A stretch of 64,000 bases of DNA from Lingula anatina (Eukaryota > Animalia > Brachiopoda): contig CM120643.1 of the NCBI GenBank assembly GCA_051362555.1, positions 25,672,848-25,736,847 of the forward strand, read 5' to 3'. Under the pieces are notes generated by a model. It ran no database searches. It worked only from the letters and a program-made list of their open reading frames with translations, and was not told the DNA's origin. Positions 1 to 12,149 of this stretch are shown in pieces. Position 1 is the stretch's first letter; every line of letters begins with the position of its first letter. Made by a program: the position numbers and the translations under genes.

Positions 1-2336
1 AATCAGATGAGACCAAACCAACCAATGGTAGGGCAGCCAGGATTTAATCGCCCTATGGGAGGTCAACCGAATATCATGCCACAAGGTAACGGAGGAGGTA
101 AATTGCTTTTTTCTTTTCAGTTGGTTAATTTTTTTTTTCTTTTGTTCAGTTTGTTAGGAGGCGCGGGTTACTAATTTCTAATGCGTTAAACAGTACACTT
201 GTTTATGATGTGACTTCATTTGTTTTCATCAGTTTTTGTGTGTAGACTTAGGTAGTGGGCACAGGAGCTTTACATTATCGTTTTGTAGCAATAACTGTAT
301 TCCTCTTACTACATCCAATCTTCATAGTTCACTGGAATTAACTTTGTTCTTTCATTAATGTAAGTTTCATTCTAAATAAAAAATTATGATGAAAATGGGG
401 GAGCAAACTGCTAACTCAGCCTAAGTCTCACTGTTACATTGTCCATTATATCATATTTATTTAACCCTTCTATCATGGATGTGTTTTAATGGTTGAGATG
501 AGATCATCAAGGGGCTATCCATGTAGAAGTAGCACTAGTAGAATAAATCCACCAGACCCCAAATATGTTTTAGGCAAAATTCAGCCTGTGCAATCAAAGG
601 CAAAGAATTTTACCACATCTCCAGGTATGATGGCAGGTGGTCAGATGCCACAACAAGGGGGGATGCAGGGCGGTTCTTACGGTAACATGGGCCCACAGCA
701 GCAGCCGCAACCACAACCGCAAGGGGGTTACCAGCAACAGCCTGTGATGTCACAGCAGCAACGTATGATGTCACAACAGATGGGACAGCAGTCTATGATG
801 TCACAAGGTGGAAATCCCATGATGATGTCACAGAGCAGCCAAAATAACCAGATGATGAGTCAGAGAGGAGCAATGCCCCCACCAAGTGGTCCGTATAACC
901 AAGGTAAGGCCACAGAAAAAATATTTTTGTTTCTCAGGATTTTTTTTGGCTCTGAAAGAGTTTAACTGCTATTAGAAGCAGGTGTCTTTTTTGTGCAAAA
1001 AAATTATGACAGGATCCTGAGAAACAGTACTGTTTTATTTCTTGGCCTAAACTTTGTTGATGTGAGATATTATTTGCTTACTTTTTGTTGACATAATTAC
1101 TTCCAGGTACCATGTCTTCAGTACTGATTTTACCAATATTTCTTTGACTTTAACCTTATACAATCTAGGTTCTGTGCAAAGGGGCCAAATGCCAATGGGA
1201 AATCAGATGAGACTAAACCATGCATTTATCGCTATAAAATGTTTATATTATGTAAAGGTGCTTTTTGAAAGTGACTATATTGAAGTATGTGTATATAATT
1301 TTATTTGTATTAAACTGAATACAAAAGACAGATATCTAGGTTTGCTTGACCTTTTACCTTGTAAAAAATCTAAAGGTGAATTAGTGTATGTAACAAACAA
1401 CCTTCTAAATCTGATCTGTATCTCATATAGGAAGTGATAGAAACATAAAGCAATTACCCTGATTAAAATTAGAAATATTGATTAACAGTTGAGTTAGTAT
1501 ATTAAAAAAGTAAAAGTAAGCTAGACTATAGTATTGGCTTTGTTTTTTAAGGTCAAAATTTCGGACAGCAGCAATCTCAGCAAGGATTTCAGCAGCAGCC
1601 CCAGCAACAGTTTGGTAATCAACAATTCAACCAGCAGCAACAACAGCAAGGTTTTCCACAACAACAGCAACACCAGGGGAACTTTTCACAGCAGAACATG
1701 CCACAGAATCAATTTGGAGGCTACCAACAACAGCAGCAGCAACAGCAACCACAACAACAGCAGAGGGGGTTTGGTATGGGATTTCGACAGCAAGGACCAA
1801 TGGGGAACCCTCAGATGGGCAGCCCCCAGATGCAAATGGGTCAAGGTCAAATGGGTGGAAGTCAAATGAACCAAGGCCAAATGGGAGGTCAGATGAGTTC
1901 AATGTCCCAAGGTCAGATGGGAGGTCAGATCTCGCAGATGGGAGGGGGCCAGATGAGTCAGTCTCAGATGGGAGGATCCATGGGAGGACAGATGGGAAAC
2001 CAGGTCCCACAAGGTCAGATGGGAGGTCAGATGTCACAACAGGGCCCTATGGGTCCACCTTCCTCTCAGGGGCAAATGACAAACCCCATGATGAGTGGAC
2101 AGATGCAAGGCCAGATGGGCAGTGGTATTGGAGGACAGATGGGTCAAATGCCACAAGGTCAAATGCCCACTAGCATGGGTCAAGGTCAGATGGGAGGGAA
2201 TATGGGTCAAGGTCAGATGGGAGGAAACATGGGTCAAGGACAGATGGGAGGGAACATGGGACAAGGTCAAATGGGAGGTAACCAGATGCAAGGGAGTCAG
2301 CCAGGTAATTTTGGTTTCAACCAAGGCCAATTTTAG
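1..2336 (+). CDS. 3' exons of an unidentified gene with a Gln/Gly/Met/Pro-rich low-complexity (prion-like) C-terminus; 5' part lies outside the window
   Basis: Exons <1-97 (alternative donor at 85), 625-903 and 1552-2336 are joined by phase-1 GT-AG introns (ccag|GTATG, AAG|gtaagg, ttaag|GTCAA). They read NQMRPNQPMVGQPGFNRPMGG...GMMAGGQMPQQGG...GQNFGQQQSQQGF...GSQPGNFGFNQGQF*. No folded domain is visible, so no gene name is given. Confidence 0.8.
2176..2280 (+). repeat. Coding tandem repeat, 27-nt unit (MGQGQMGGN), about 4 copies
   Basis: atgggtcaaggtcagatgggagg(g/a)aa(t/c) repeats in frame within the last exon. Confidence 0.85.
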
Positions 2337-4268
2337 TTATGAACTTTGACCCTCAGCTTTGAGTTCCTGCTGTTCCAGTACAATTTAAATGAAAGATTTC
2401 CTATGCTTTTTGACATATGGAGTTAATTCCTTGATGATCCTTGCTGTTGGTACTTAAAAATGGGGAAATCTGTTAAATTCAACAAATGGGCGGAACATTG
2501 ACAATAATTCTGCTTTTGTGAAAAAGTGTGCTGCTTGAGTGCAATGTAATGGTAAATATCTTACAGTCTTATTAGTAAATGCATTTATTGCCCACTGTAA
2601 TAGGGGATGATCAAACTTTGCTTATCCTGGTCTTTTTCAAAACCTCGATCAAATGCTAGAAATATTGTAAATAATATTTGACAGTATGTGCTAGAATACC
2701 ATTGCAGCATTTTCTCGTGGAGAACACACCAGCAATAAAGGGGTAGTGAATTTAAAAAAAAGTTCTCTCTTTTTGTGGTCAGTTAATACTTCTCAAAGAA
2801 TCTCACAGCCACATGTAAGATATTGTTTGGCCATGACATTGTTTTATTTTTATGTAAATACTGGTCCAAAAGGGGGAAAATGCATATATTGAATTATTTT
2901 GGATTTTCATAAACAGTTGTTTTACTGTAACTGTATGTGGAAGTCTGTGAAAGTAGAGTTTTGAAGTAGTGAAATTTATGACATTTTTATGTTAAACATA
3001 ATTCAGTCATTGATATTATTCTTAAAATAAGAAAGGTTTATAGTAACAAATGTGCTTGGCTGGTATAATGATTTTGTACATTGGAGATATATCTTAAGGC
3101 AACATATTACTTTGTTTTGAGATCAAGAATTTTTGCTTGCAAAAAATTAACTTTTTTGCTTTTAAGACAATTTTGATGCAAAGTTTACATTATATAATAA
3201 GTGACCAAGGTGATGTAAGAATTCCCTTCAATGAAAATCTTGCATATGGTTTAGAACATTCATTGTACCACCAGCGTTAGCGCTGGCGGTACACATGGTT
3301 TTAGTCCCGTCCGGTCCGTTCCGCCGGCTCCGCCGGCTCCTGCGGCTCCGCCGGCTCCGCCGCCATGTTACCGTTACCGCTTCTCCTCCTAGACGGTAAG
3401 GGCCCCCATACCCATCTCTTGGATTTAGGTCACCTATAATCTCAACTCGTTCCACGTAAAATTTGGGCTTTGTCGGTATTGGGGTCTAGGTGTGGCACTC
3501 ATTGCAATGCACCCTTGTCCAAAAATGGCAAAATTAAATGCTAATTATCTACCCTACGGAAGGAATTATGGGAAAAATTTCTACAGACAGCTTTCCAAAA
3601 GTCATATGTGTAGATTTCAAATATGCCCTTGGATTTGACCTTTGACCTTTATTTCAAGGTCAAACGGGCAAAAATTTTCAAAAAAATGAATTTTTTTACG
3701 AAAAAAAATTTATTTGCGCTGTTATTCAGACACCACACAGACTTAACCAATAATATTATTGGAAAATGTTACCCTTCAGGTCATCTTTCATCTGTGTGAA
3801 TTTGGGGTCAATCGGTGCATTTTCACGGGTGTAGCGGCCATAAGATACCGAAACTGAAAACTGTCTCTAATTCGGGAACCGTTAATGCTAGAGACCCATT
3901 CTTTTTTGCATTTTGTAGAGCATATAAAGCCCAACACTGGAGGTGGTCTCCGTTTTTTTGTATTCCATACGGTTTTCGAGTTACGCTGTATCAAAAAGTA
4001 CATATTGGTGGTGAAAGCAAAAAGTGCAGTACGGTAATGGATAATAAATTTTGAACTCCGGAAAAATAAAACATAAGGCTTGGCAAAGCAGACAACTTGT
4101 GGTCAAAAATGACATTATTTCATCAAATTTGAACTTCTGGAACTTCAGAGCACCTCCCATTTCAAGAATTTTGACCAAAATGACCTTTTCTTTATTTTAA
4201 TTAATTTTTTCTGTAGGAAATTTATGGCACATTAAGGTAACTCCGAAATTATAACATTTAGTCCCTTA

Positions 4269-7200
4269 TATCTCCAAAACTGGAAGAGATAGGTCCATAG
4301 TTACTATTGAAGTTGAATAGGAAGTCATATACTGGCAATCTTACTGTGACCTTGAAATTGACCTTTGACCTACTTTTCACCATGAATTGAACTTTGCAAA
4401 TTTTGCTTCCCTTTTATCTCCAAAACTGGCAGAGATAGGTCCATAGTTACTATTGAAGTTGAATAGGAAGTCATATACTGGCAATCTAAATGTGACCTTA
4501 AAATTGACCTTTGACCTACTTTTCACCATGAACTGAACTTTGCAAATTTTGCCTCCCTTTTATCTCCAAAACTGGCAGAGATAGGTCCATAGTTTCTATT
4601 GAACTTGAATATGAAGTCATATACTGGCAATCTAAATGTGACCTTAAAATTGACCTTTGACCTACTTTTCACCATGAACTGAACTTTGGAAATTTTGCTT
4701 CCCTTTTATCTCCAAAACTGGCAGAGATAGGTCCATAGTTACTATTGAAGTTGAATAGGAAGTCATATACTGGCAATCTAAATGTGACCTTAAAATTGAC
4801 CTTTGACCTACTTTTCACCATGAACTGAACTCTGCTAATTTCTTTCTCTTTTAACTCCAAACCTGGCAGAGATAGCTCCATAGTTACTATTGAAGTTGAA
4901 TAGGAAGTCATATACTGGCAATCTAAATGTGACCTTAAAATTGACCTTTGACCTACTTTTCACCATGAACTGAACTTTGCAAATTTTGCCTCCCTTTTAT
5001 CTCCAAAACTGGCAGAGATAGGTCCATAGTTTCTATTGAACTTGAATATGAAGTCATATACTGGCAAGCTAAATGTGACCTTAAAATTGACCTTTGACCT
5101 ACTTTTCACCATGAACTGAACTTTGCAAATTTTGCCTCCCTTTTATCTCCAAAACTGGCAGAGATAGGTCCATAGTTTCTATTGAACTTGAATATGAAGT
5201 CATATACTGGCAATCTAAATGTGACCTTAAAATTGACCTTTGACCTACTTTTCACCATGAACTGAACTTTGCAAATTTTGCCTCCCTTTTATCTCCAAAA
5301 CTGGCAGAGATAGGTCCATAGTTTCTATTGAACTTGAATATGAAGTCATATACTGGCAATCTAAATGTGACCTTAAAATTGACCTTTGACCTACTTTTCA
5401 CCATGAACTGAACTTTGGAAATTTTGTTTCCCTTTTATCTCCAAAACTGGCAGAGATAGGTCCATAGTTACTATTGAAGTTGAATAGGAAGTCATATACT
5501 GGCAATCTAAATGTGACCTTAAAATTGACCTTTGACCTACTTTTCACCATGAACTGAACTCTGCTAATTTCTTTCTCTTTTAACTCCAAACCTGGCAGAG
5601 ATAGCTCCATAGTTACTATTGAAGTTGAATAGGAAGTCATATACTGGCAATCTAAATGTGACCTTAAAATTGACCTTTGACCTACTTTTCACCATGAACT
5701 GAACTTTGCAAATTTTGCCTCCCTTTTATCTCCAAAACTGGCAGAGATAGGTCCATAGTTACTATTGAAGTTGAATAGGAAGTCATATACTAGCAATCTA
5801 AATGTGACCTTAGAATTGACCTTTGACCTACTTTTCACCATGAACTGAACTCTGCTAATTTCTTTCTCTTTTAACTCCAAACCTGGCAGAGATAGGTCCA
5901 TAGTTACTATTGAAGTTGAATAGGAAGTCATATACTGGCAATCTAAATGTGACCTTGAAATTGACCTTTGACCTACCATACGATGAACTTAACTTTGATT
6001 GTACTATTGAAGTTGAATAGGAAGTCATATACTGGCAATCTTACTGTGACCTTGAAATTGACCTTTGACCTACTTTTCACCATAAATTGAACTTTGCAAA
6101 TTTTGCTTCCCTTTTATCTCCAAAACTGGCAGAGATAGGTCCATAGTTACTATTGAAGTTGAATTAGAAGTCATATACTAAATGTGACCTTGAAATTGAC
6201 CTTTGACCTACTTTTCATCATGAACTGAACTTTGCAAATTTTGCTTCCCTTTTATCTCCAAAGTTACGCTGTATCAAAAAGTACATTTTGGTGGTTAAAG
6301 CAAAATGTGCAGTACGGTAATGGATAATAAATTTTGAACTCCGGAAAAATAAAACATAAGGCTTGGCAAAGCAGGCAACCTGCGGTCAAAAATGACATTA
6401 TTTCATCAAATTTGAACATCTGGAACTTCAGAGCACCTCCCATTTCAAGAGTTTTGACCAAAATGACCTTTTCTTTATTTTAATTAATTTTTTCCGTAGG
6501 AAATTTATGGCACATTATGGTAACTCCAAAATTATAACATTTAGTCCCTTATATCTCCAAAACTGGCAGAGATAAGTCCATAGTTACTATTGAAGTTGAA
6601 TAGGAAGTCATGTACTGGCAATCTTACTGTGACCTTGAAATTGACCTTTGACCTACTTTTCACCATGAACTGAACTTTGCAAAATTTGCTTCCATTTTAT
6701 CTCCAAAGTTACGCTGTATCAAAAAACACATTTTGGTGGTTAAAGCAAAATGTGCAGTACGGTAATGGATAATAAATTTTGAACTCCGGAAAAATAAAAT
6801 GTAAGGCTTGGCAAAGCAGGCAACTTGTGGTCAAAAATGACATTATTTCATCAAATTTGAACATCTGGAACTTCAGAGCACCTCCCATTTCAAGAATTTT
6901 GACCAAAATGACCTTTTCTTTTTTTTAATTAATTTTTTCTGTAGGAAATTTATGGCACATTATGGGAACTCCAAAATTATAACATTTAGGCTTCGTTCAC
7001 ATGCAATGTCTATTTTCTAAATTCTATTTTCTATTCGCGGCATGTGTTGTGATCATGGTCTGTGCCCTGAATATCCCGCGGAGTAATTACTGGCAGCGCT
7101 AGCCAGTTACTATAAGTTACTTTAAGTAACTGGTTCGCGCTGCCAGTAATTACGCGGCGGGATATTCAGGGCATAGACTGTGATCATAAGATAGCGTGAA

Positions 7201-8118
7201 TAGAAAATAGATTTTTAGAAAATAGACATTCCATGTGAACGAAGCCTTAGTCCCTTATATCTCCAAAACTGGCAGAGATAGGTCCATAGTTACTATTGAA
7301 GTTGAATAGGAAGTCATATACTGGCAACCTTACTGTGACCTTGAAATTGACCTTTGACCTACTTTTCACCATGAACTGAACTTTGGAAATTTTGCTTCCC
7401 TTTTATCTCCAAAACTGGCACAGATAGGTCCATAGTTACTATTGAAGTTGAATAGGAAGTCATATACTGGCAATCTAAATGTGACTCTAAAATTGACCTT
7501 TGACCTACTTTTCACCATGAACTGAACTTTGCAAATTTTGCTTCCCTTTTATCTCCAAAGTTAAGCTGTATCAAAAAGTACATATTGGTGGTTAAAGCAA
7601 AATGTGCAGTACAGTAATGGATAATAAATTTTGAACTCCGGAATAAGGCTTGGCAAAGCAGACAACTTGTGGTCAAAAATGACATTATTTCATCAAATTA
7701 GAACATCTGGAACTTCAGAGCACCTCCCATTTCAAGAATTTTGACCAAAATGACCTTTTCTTTATTTTAATTAATTTTTTCTGTAGGAAATTTATGGCAC
7801 ATTATGGTAACTCCAAAATTATAACATTTAGTCCCTCATATCTCCAAAACTGGCAGAGATAGGTCCATAGTTACTTTTGAACTTGAATAGGAAGTCATAT
7901 ACTAGCAATCTAAGTGTGACCTTGAAATTGACCTTTGACCTACTTATAATCATGAACTGAACTCTGCTAATTTCTTTCTCTTTTAACTCCAAACCTGGCA
8001 GAGATAAGTCCATAGTTACTATTGAAGTTGAATAGGAAGTCAGATACTGGCAATTTACTGTGACCTTGAAATTGACCTTTGACCTACCATACGATGAACT
8101 TAACTTTGATTGTACCAT
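4269..8118. repeat. 146-bp tandem satellite (about 19 full or partial units) interleaved with repeats of a ~290-bp block
   Basis: Unit starts (tatctccaaaactggcagagataggtcc or a close variant) at 4269, 4415, 4561, 4707, 4852, 4998, 5144, 5290, 5436, 5581, 5727, 5872 and later. The block gttacgctgtatcaaaaa...ataacatttag recurs at 3980, 6263, 6708 and 7560. Confidence 0.95.
6989..7246. mobile_element. PIF/Harbinger-type foldback MITE, family A, copy 1
   Basis: TIRs ggcttcgttcacatg...catgtgaacgaagcc; nearly the whole element is palindromic. The 3-bp TSD TTA is confirmed by empty sites in paralogous repeat copies (ataacat-tta-gtccc at 4251 and 6534). Confidence 0.9.
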
Positions 8119-9023
8119 TTTAAGTTATATATATTTTTTGCGTATTTTGAAAATTCTTGTTGATTGCATTTTTATAGCTTGTCAAGCATAAGACTGGTGG
8201 CTGTGTCCCTTATTTTGTGTATGTCGGGGTCTATACAAATGCGCTTGCTCCAGCTGGTGGTACAATATTCGGAGGCGGTATCGCCTCTCTGATCCTCTAG
8301 TTGTACATAGTTTGATAGTAGAGCTATGAATACAGTTACTGGTATTTTTGTACTTATTCAGATATATCATTTATATCATATTAGTGTGTTACACTTCATA
8401 ATGCACATTGATAGTGATTATTTTGTTTTTGTATTTAAAGTGTGCTGTAAACTGAATGTCAAAGCCTTTCATATTGAAATGTGATGTTGTATATGTAAAT
8501 GTGTATGTCTAGTGAAACTTTGGTCAATATAAGTAAAATAAATAAAAATGTCAAACATGAAAGTGTTGGTGTTATCTGAAAAAATTTGACTTGAGCTAGA
8601 AGAGGGAGATAGACTCTTTAGGGTTGATTATACATACTCAGAATTGACCCCCCATATGTAAAACCTGTTTTCTTCATAATTTACACTTCTTTTGTATATA
8701 TTTACACGTGTACTTTTTGTTTATGCTTGGTTTTACGAATAAGTATTTTGGTCTGTTAGGAATATCGAAGAAAAATCAAATGTAAAAAAAAATAAAGTGA
8801 TGAAATAAATAAAAACGATAAAAAATCCAAATAAACGAATATTAGATTGTTTTAAAACTTATCTGTTATTTATTTACATGTATTTATTAACAGTTTAGTT
8901 TTGTAAATGATGAAATGAATTAAAAAAATTAACCGAAGAAACATATTAGATTTAAAACTTATATTTTATTTATTTATTTAATACCACAGTTGAGTTTTGT
9001 GAGATAAAATAATGTCATATTAA

Positions 9024-9990
9024 CCCATTGTAGCCCTCGTCATCAAAACAAACGGCAGCCATACTGGAGGGAGACCGGAATCATCTGCTGCGCATGATCA
9101 TGTCTACATGTACAATTTAGCATTTAATTTCTGTGTTTTCTTTGATATTAAACCAAGTAAAATGATGAATTACTGCAGGGTATATGATAGAGAGAAGATA
9201 AATAACTTAACAAGCGTTCACAGACTGCCTGCAGTGGTAACAATCCAAGGTGTAGGGACGAAAACCGTAAACGGAGGAGAGACTGAGGAGTGGCTTTGAA
9301 TCGACTCATCGGACAAGTAAAGGATAAAAGTAATTTATTTTACAGCAAAGAATGAAGACCCAGCTGTGCAGCCTTTACCATAAAAGAAAAAAGTAGAAAA
9401 CCAATGACCGAGGTGTATAAGATATGAGCGCACGTACACTGCATATTAGTAGTGCCCAAAGTCTTGGTGGAGAGTGTGTTGTAAAAACGTGTGGAAATGC
9501 TCAGGCAGGGTTTCGACTTTCATTATGAAGACTCACTTATTGCCTTGGGTGTAATTTGTTATCAGTTATGGTGCTCTTTGGATTTTATCTGCTGTCATCT
9601 ACCTCTTTAATACCTGGTTAGCATTATTGTCAATTAGTGTCAAGGCTACAGTACAATGTACACAGCTCAGCTGGGCCAATTAAATCAATTACCTGTGTCA
9701 TGTGTATTTGGAAGTTAGTGGCTTGATTTTAGATTTAGTGTAGTGTTAAGAGTAAATCTGTTTTGTAAGTATATATTCTAGCTCAGGTACCATTTAACTG
9801 AATGAACTTAATGAAATGAATTTGAAAAATGTTGAATTCTGTGTTTTCCTACTGTATTATGATGCAAGTTACAATATGAATAAAAATAACTATTGTTACC
9901 TTTTTTTGTTAATTTACATTTAGGAAATTGATCTGACATTTTCCCACCAAGCCACACTGAATGATTGGGTGCACATAAATCTTGGTTATC

Positions 9991-10021
<31 letters not shown>

Positions 10022-11533
10022 TGACAGGTACAAAAGGCAGCTAGATGGCACACAAGGTAGAAGCAGCGAAAAATATTCTTATATCTTTGTGACCAGCTGA
10101 GGAGACAGGATCTGAACATCAGGAGAGTGAAATTCAGTGCATGACAGGAGTTATTTAATTGGATTTGTTTATTTATTTAATTGTTCATTTGTTGTTTTAA
10201 AGTTGTTATCCTGATAGCTTGCATACAACAAGGACAGGTTTTCTATTTATTTAGAATTGTGAGCAGAAGCACAAGAAGAAATGAAAACACTTTTTTTCTT
10301 TCTCATATTTTTAAAAGCTAAATGGAAAAGTTTGCAAGAAATATAAAATTTTGTATGGTGCACCTCCCACAGATGGTCTGATATGCAGAAACAGATGGCT
10401 GTTGTACATGTAGGTTGTGCATTTTTAAATTGTGACCACCAGTTGAGGAATTCTCCTAAATAAAATTACAAACTGCTTAGTAACACCATCTAAGGCCTTA
10501 TATGTACATACCCACACACCACATATCAGTTGTGAGTCTTCAATCAAGCATTTCTCTAGACATAGATTAAAAATATACTAAACAGGTTTCTCAAATTATG
10601 GTGGCTTGATTCGACTTGATATGCTTATGTACATGTTGCATTGCATCATTAAAAGTATGGAAATATTTTTCATGTCAGTGTTATCAACCAAAAGGAAAGG
10701 GACCCTGATAATCTGTCATTGAATTGTGCAACAGTGTTTTGCATTTTATGTTTACTTTTATCCATACAAAATGTGCATTTTCTATATTTTCAATCAAATA
10801 AAGATCAATTCATGAACTGACTTGTTGTTATGTTACATTGAATGTCATAAGTTTGAAAAATACATTGCTTCTGTGAAGGTCTGGACTAATAATAAAATGC
10901 TAACAATGTTGCTACTGTGAATGATTGAATTCATGGTAAAATATTGAACTCTCAAACAACAGTCATGTTACAAATACTTCCTAATGAACCAAAATGAAGC
11001 ACAAGAATGCTGAAATAATTTCTGACAGCTTCATGATGTACAGTTAAATCATATCTGACAGCAATATTTCTTGTCACAACCCTGCATACTGTCTTCTTTG
11101 AGTCCGTAAGGGTTGATCCCGATAGTCAGCTCAAATTTATCCTTTATGTACAAAGGTGCTTCTATGAAAGGTTGAACTTATGATTACACAGTAAACTCTA
11201 AAACTATAACTTTTATTACCCAATGAACAAGAAAAATGAAGTACAAGATAACTGAACTAGCTTCTGACAACATTCCACGATGTTGGGATACAGGGGTAGG
11301 TCAGGATTTCACGTCTTTGGACTGTCTTGAGTTAATATGGGTCGATCACGCTGATCAGCTGAAGTTCTCACATGTATATACTATTTTCCTTTTGGTGTAC
11401 TTGATCACGATATGAAGATTATTTCATTTTATTTGGTTCACCTATATTTACGCTACTATTCCCCGTCGTTCTTTCCCTCCAGAATGGCCGCTGGACGAGT
11501 GTTACGGAGCAAATATGACGTCACTGTAATGGG
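9024..11533. mobile_element. Possible degenerate piggyBac-like non-autonomous element (~2.5 kb)
   Basis: TTAA|CCCATTgtag at 9020 and ctgtAATGGG|TTAA at 11524-11537, with imperfect TIRs (cccattgtagccctcgtcat vs cccattacagtgacgtcat). No transposase ORF is recognisable. Confidence 0.4.
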
Positions 11534-11542
11534 TTAATATGT

Positions 11543-11798
11543 AACTAGAAAAGCACTCGGAGAGCGCAGACCTCCGCCAAGGCAGCAAAGTCTCCATCCA
11601 ATGCCGTTTAACTCCTAAATTTTTTGTTATTGATCCGGATCACCACCAAAAACTAATTATCTGCTCCTTGGCCCACTTCTGACCGCTCCTGAAATTTTCA
11701 TCAAAATCGGTCCAAAACTTTTTGAGTTATGTTGATGTCAGACAAACGAACAAACAAACAAACAGGGGTGAAAACGACCTCCTTGGCGGAGGTGAAAA
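11543..11798 (+). mobile_element. Short HINE/Helentron-type non-autonomous element
   Basis: Starts aactagaaaagcactcggagagcgcagacctccgccaagg, contains a (caaa)n microsatellite and ends with the hairpin acctccttggcggaggt, whose arm is the inverse of the 5' subTIR acctccgccaagg. Confidence 0.8.
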
Positions 11799-12149
11799 TA
11801 TATGTATAAAAAAAAAGAGAAGGGTATTGTTCAGATTTTGCAAGACCAAGTCGGGCAGATTTCACTATTAAACTTTAAGGTTAATAATACACGGGCAGAA
11901 CTTAAAGACGTTATCGGAATAAATAGAAAATGTTCTACACGTTGTGTACAGAAACTTGAGTAGGTAAAACTTTTGAAAAAGTGAACGAACGTGGTTTTAT
12001 TCATTCCTGATTCGATATATACATAGAAAGTTAGGAGTAAAGTATTTAAAAATTAAAGAGATGGACCGTTTTGGCCATGTTTATCAAATTACGATTTAAA
12101 GCTTTTCCCGCGGGTCTCAACTGATAGGGATGGTTATCAGAGGTCAAAT

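Larger units (their letters stand above)
3261..8302 (-). mobile_element. About 5-kb non-autonomous Helentron/HINE (DINE-1-like) element with an internal satellite array
   Basis: The left end has a hairpin, ttgtaccaccagcg-ttag-cgctggcggtaca (3263-3293), followed by a (ccggctccg)n microsatellite. Its sub-terminal inverted partner gctggtggtacaa lies at 8253-8265 and the right end is ...ctagtt (AACTAG on the minus strand). SubTIR + hairpin + microsatellite + internal tandem repeats is the HINE architecture. Confidence 0.75.

Noticed and set aside
1-2336. Naming the first gene (SS18, NCOA, MED15, MAML, CLINT1 and similar were considered)
   Set aside because: Only low-complexity sequence is in the window, with no diagnostic motif.
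1534-2349. Overlapping alternative-frame and antisense ORFs (1534-1869, 1627-2037, 2034-2330, 2095-2349)
   Set aside because: These are shadows of the low-complexity, stop-poor coding exon.
3981-8118. Recurrent 65-96 aa ORFs (MTSYSTSIVT..., MVKILEMGG...) suggesting a tandem gene family
   Set aside because: They are chance translations of the 146-bp satellite and the ~290-bp block, with no domain or splice structure.
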